Below are positions 29,750-32,000 of a DNA stretch of 32,000 nucleotides, one piece after another. Position 1 is the stretch's first letter, and every line of letters starts with the position of its first letter. The DNA is from Puniceicoccales bacterium. GTDB lineage: Bacteria; Verrucomicrobiota; Verrucomicrobiia; Opitutales; JAIRLG01. Below the pieces are notes generated by a model, which saw nothing but the letters and a program-made list of their open reading frames with translations, was not told the origin of the DNA and ran no database searches. The stretch covers positions 1 to 32,000 of the forward strand of contig JAITRB010000005.1 in the NCBI GenBank assembly GCA_031288595.1, written 5' to 3'. A program made the position numbers and the translations under genes.

Positions 29750-29857
29750 GGCGCGATGGCCCGTCGCTAAACGGACAAAAGCCGTTTAGCGACAGGGCTC
29801 TCCTCCGCGCGGAGCGCGGAGGAGAGCCCCTTTGCTCCGCAAAGGGGCCCTCGCGCC
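29750..29857. repeat. Four-way-junction intergenic element, copy H (family 2)
   Basis: Closing stem 29750-29762 GGCGCGATGGCCC pairs with 29845-29857 GGGCCCTCGCGCC (one T-C mismatch). Hairpins 29763-29774/29782-29793 (12 bp), 29795-29810/29814-29829 (16 bp) and 29830-29835/29839-29844 (CTTTGC TCC GCAAAG). Shares the 5' block GCGATGGCCCGTCG..AACGG with copy G. Confidence 0.75.
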
Positions 29858-29890
29858 AAAAGATTCCAGCAGTTGGAAATCACCGAAGCA

Positions 29891-32000
<2,110 letters not shown>

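Overview
Chromosomal window from a moderately GC-rich bacterium. T3SS genes scattered among housekeeping genes suggest a PVC-superphylum (Verrucomicrobia/Chlamydiae-like) genome, but this is inference only; no search was run. Left to right: two tandem paralogous family-5 peptide ABC substrate-binding lipoproteins; an isolated T3SS module (CesT/YscB-like chaperone plus SctC secretin); DUF2062 and a membrane-anchored hypothetical protein; tRNA-Gly(UCC); gyrB-gyrA; tRNA-Val(UAC); a minus-strand envelope cluster (BI-1/YccA-like protein, GT9 heptosyltransferase, glucosaminidase-domain lipoprotein); M20 peptidase; family-4 UDG; a secreted hypothetical protein plus an orphan pseudopilin; ychF-lpxB; mutY; a second CesT-like chaperone with a candidate effector; a folate cluster (frameshifted folE, folP, folB, folK-DHFR fusion); a GalE-like SDR lacking the YxxxK dyad; and a 5'-partial glgB. 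The most unusual signal is non-coding. At least eight intergenic elements of about 96-108 nt each fold into a closing stem enclosing three adjacent hairpins (a four-way junction). Five share a strongly conserved scaffold (GCTGTCTTTG ... CAAAGACAGC), a sixth keeps the fold with a different closing stem, and two more form a second sequence family with the same architecture. In every copy one long hairpin is sequence-unique yet self-complementary. I cannot assign these elements to any repeat or ncRNA class I know. No CRISPR array, IS element or prophage was recognised.
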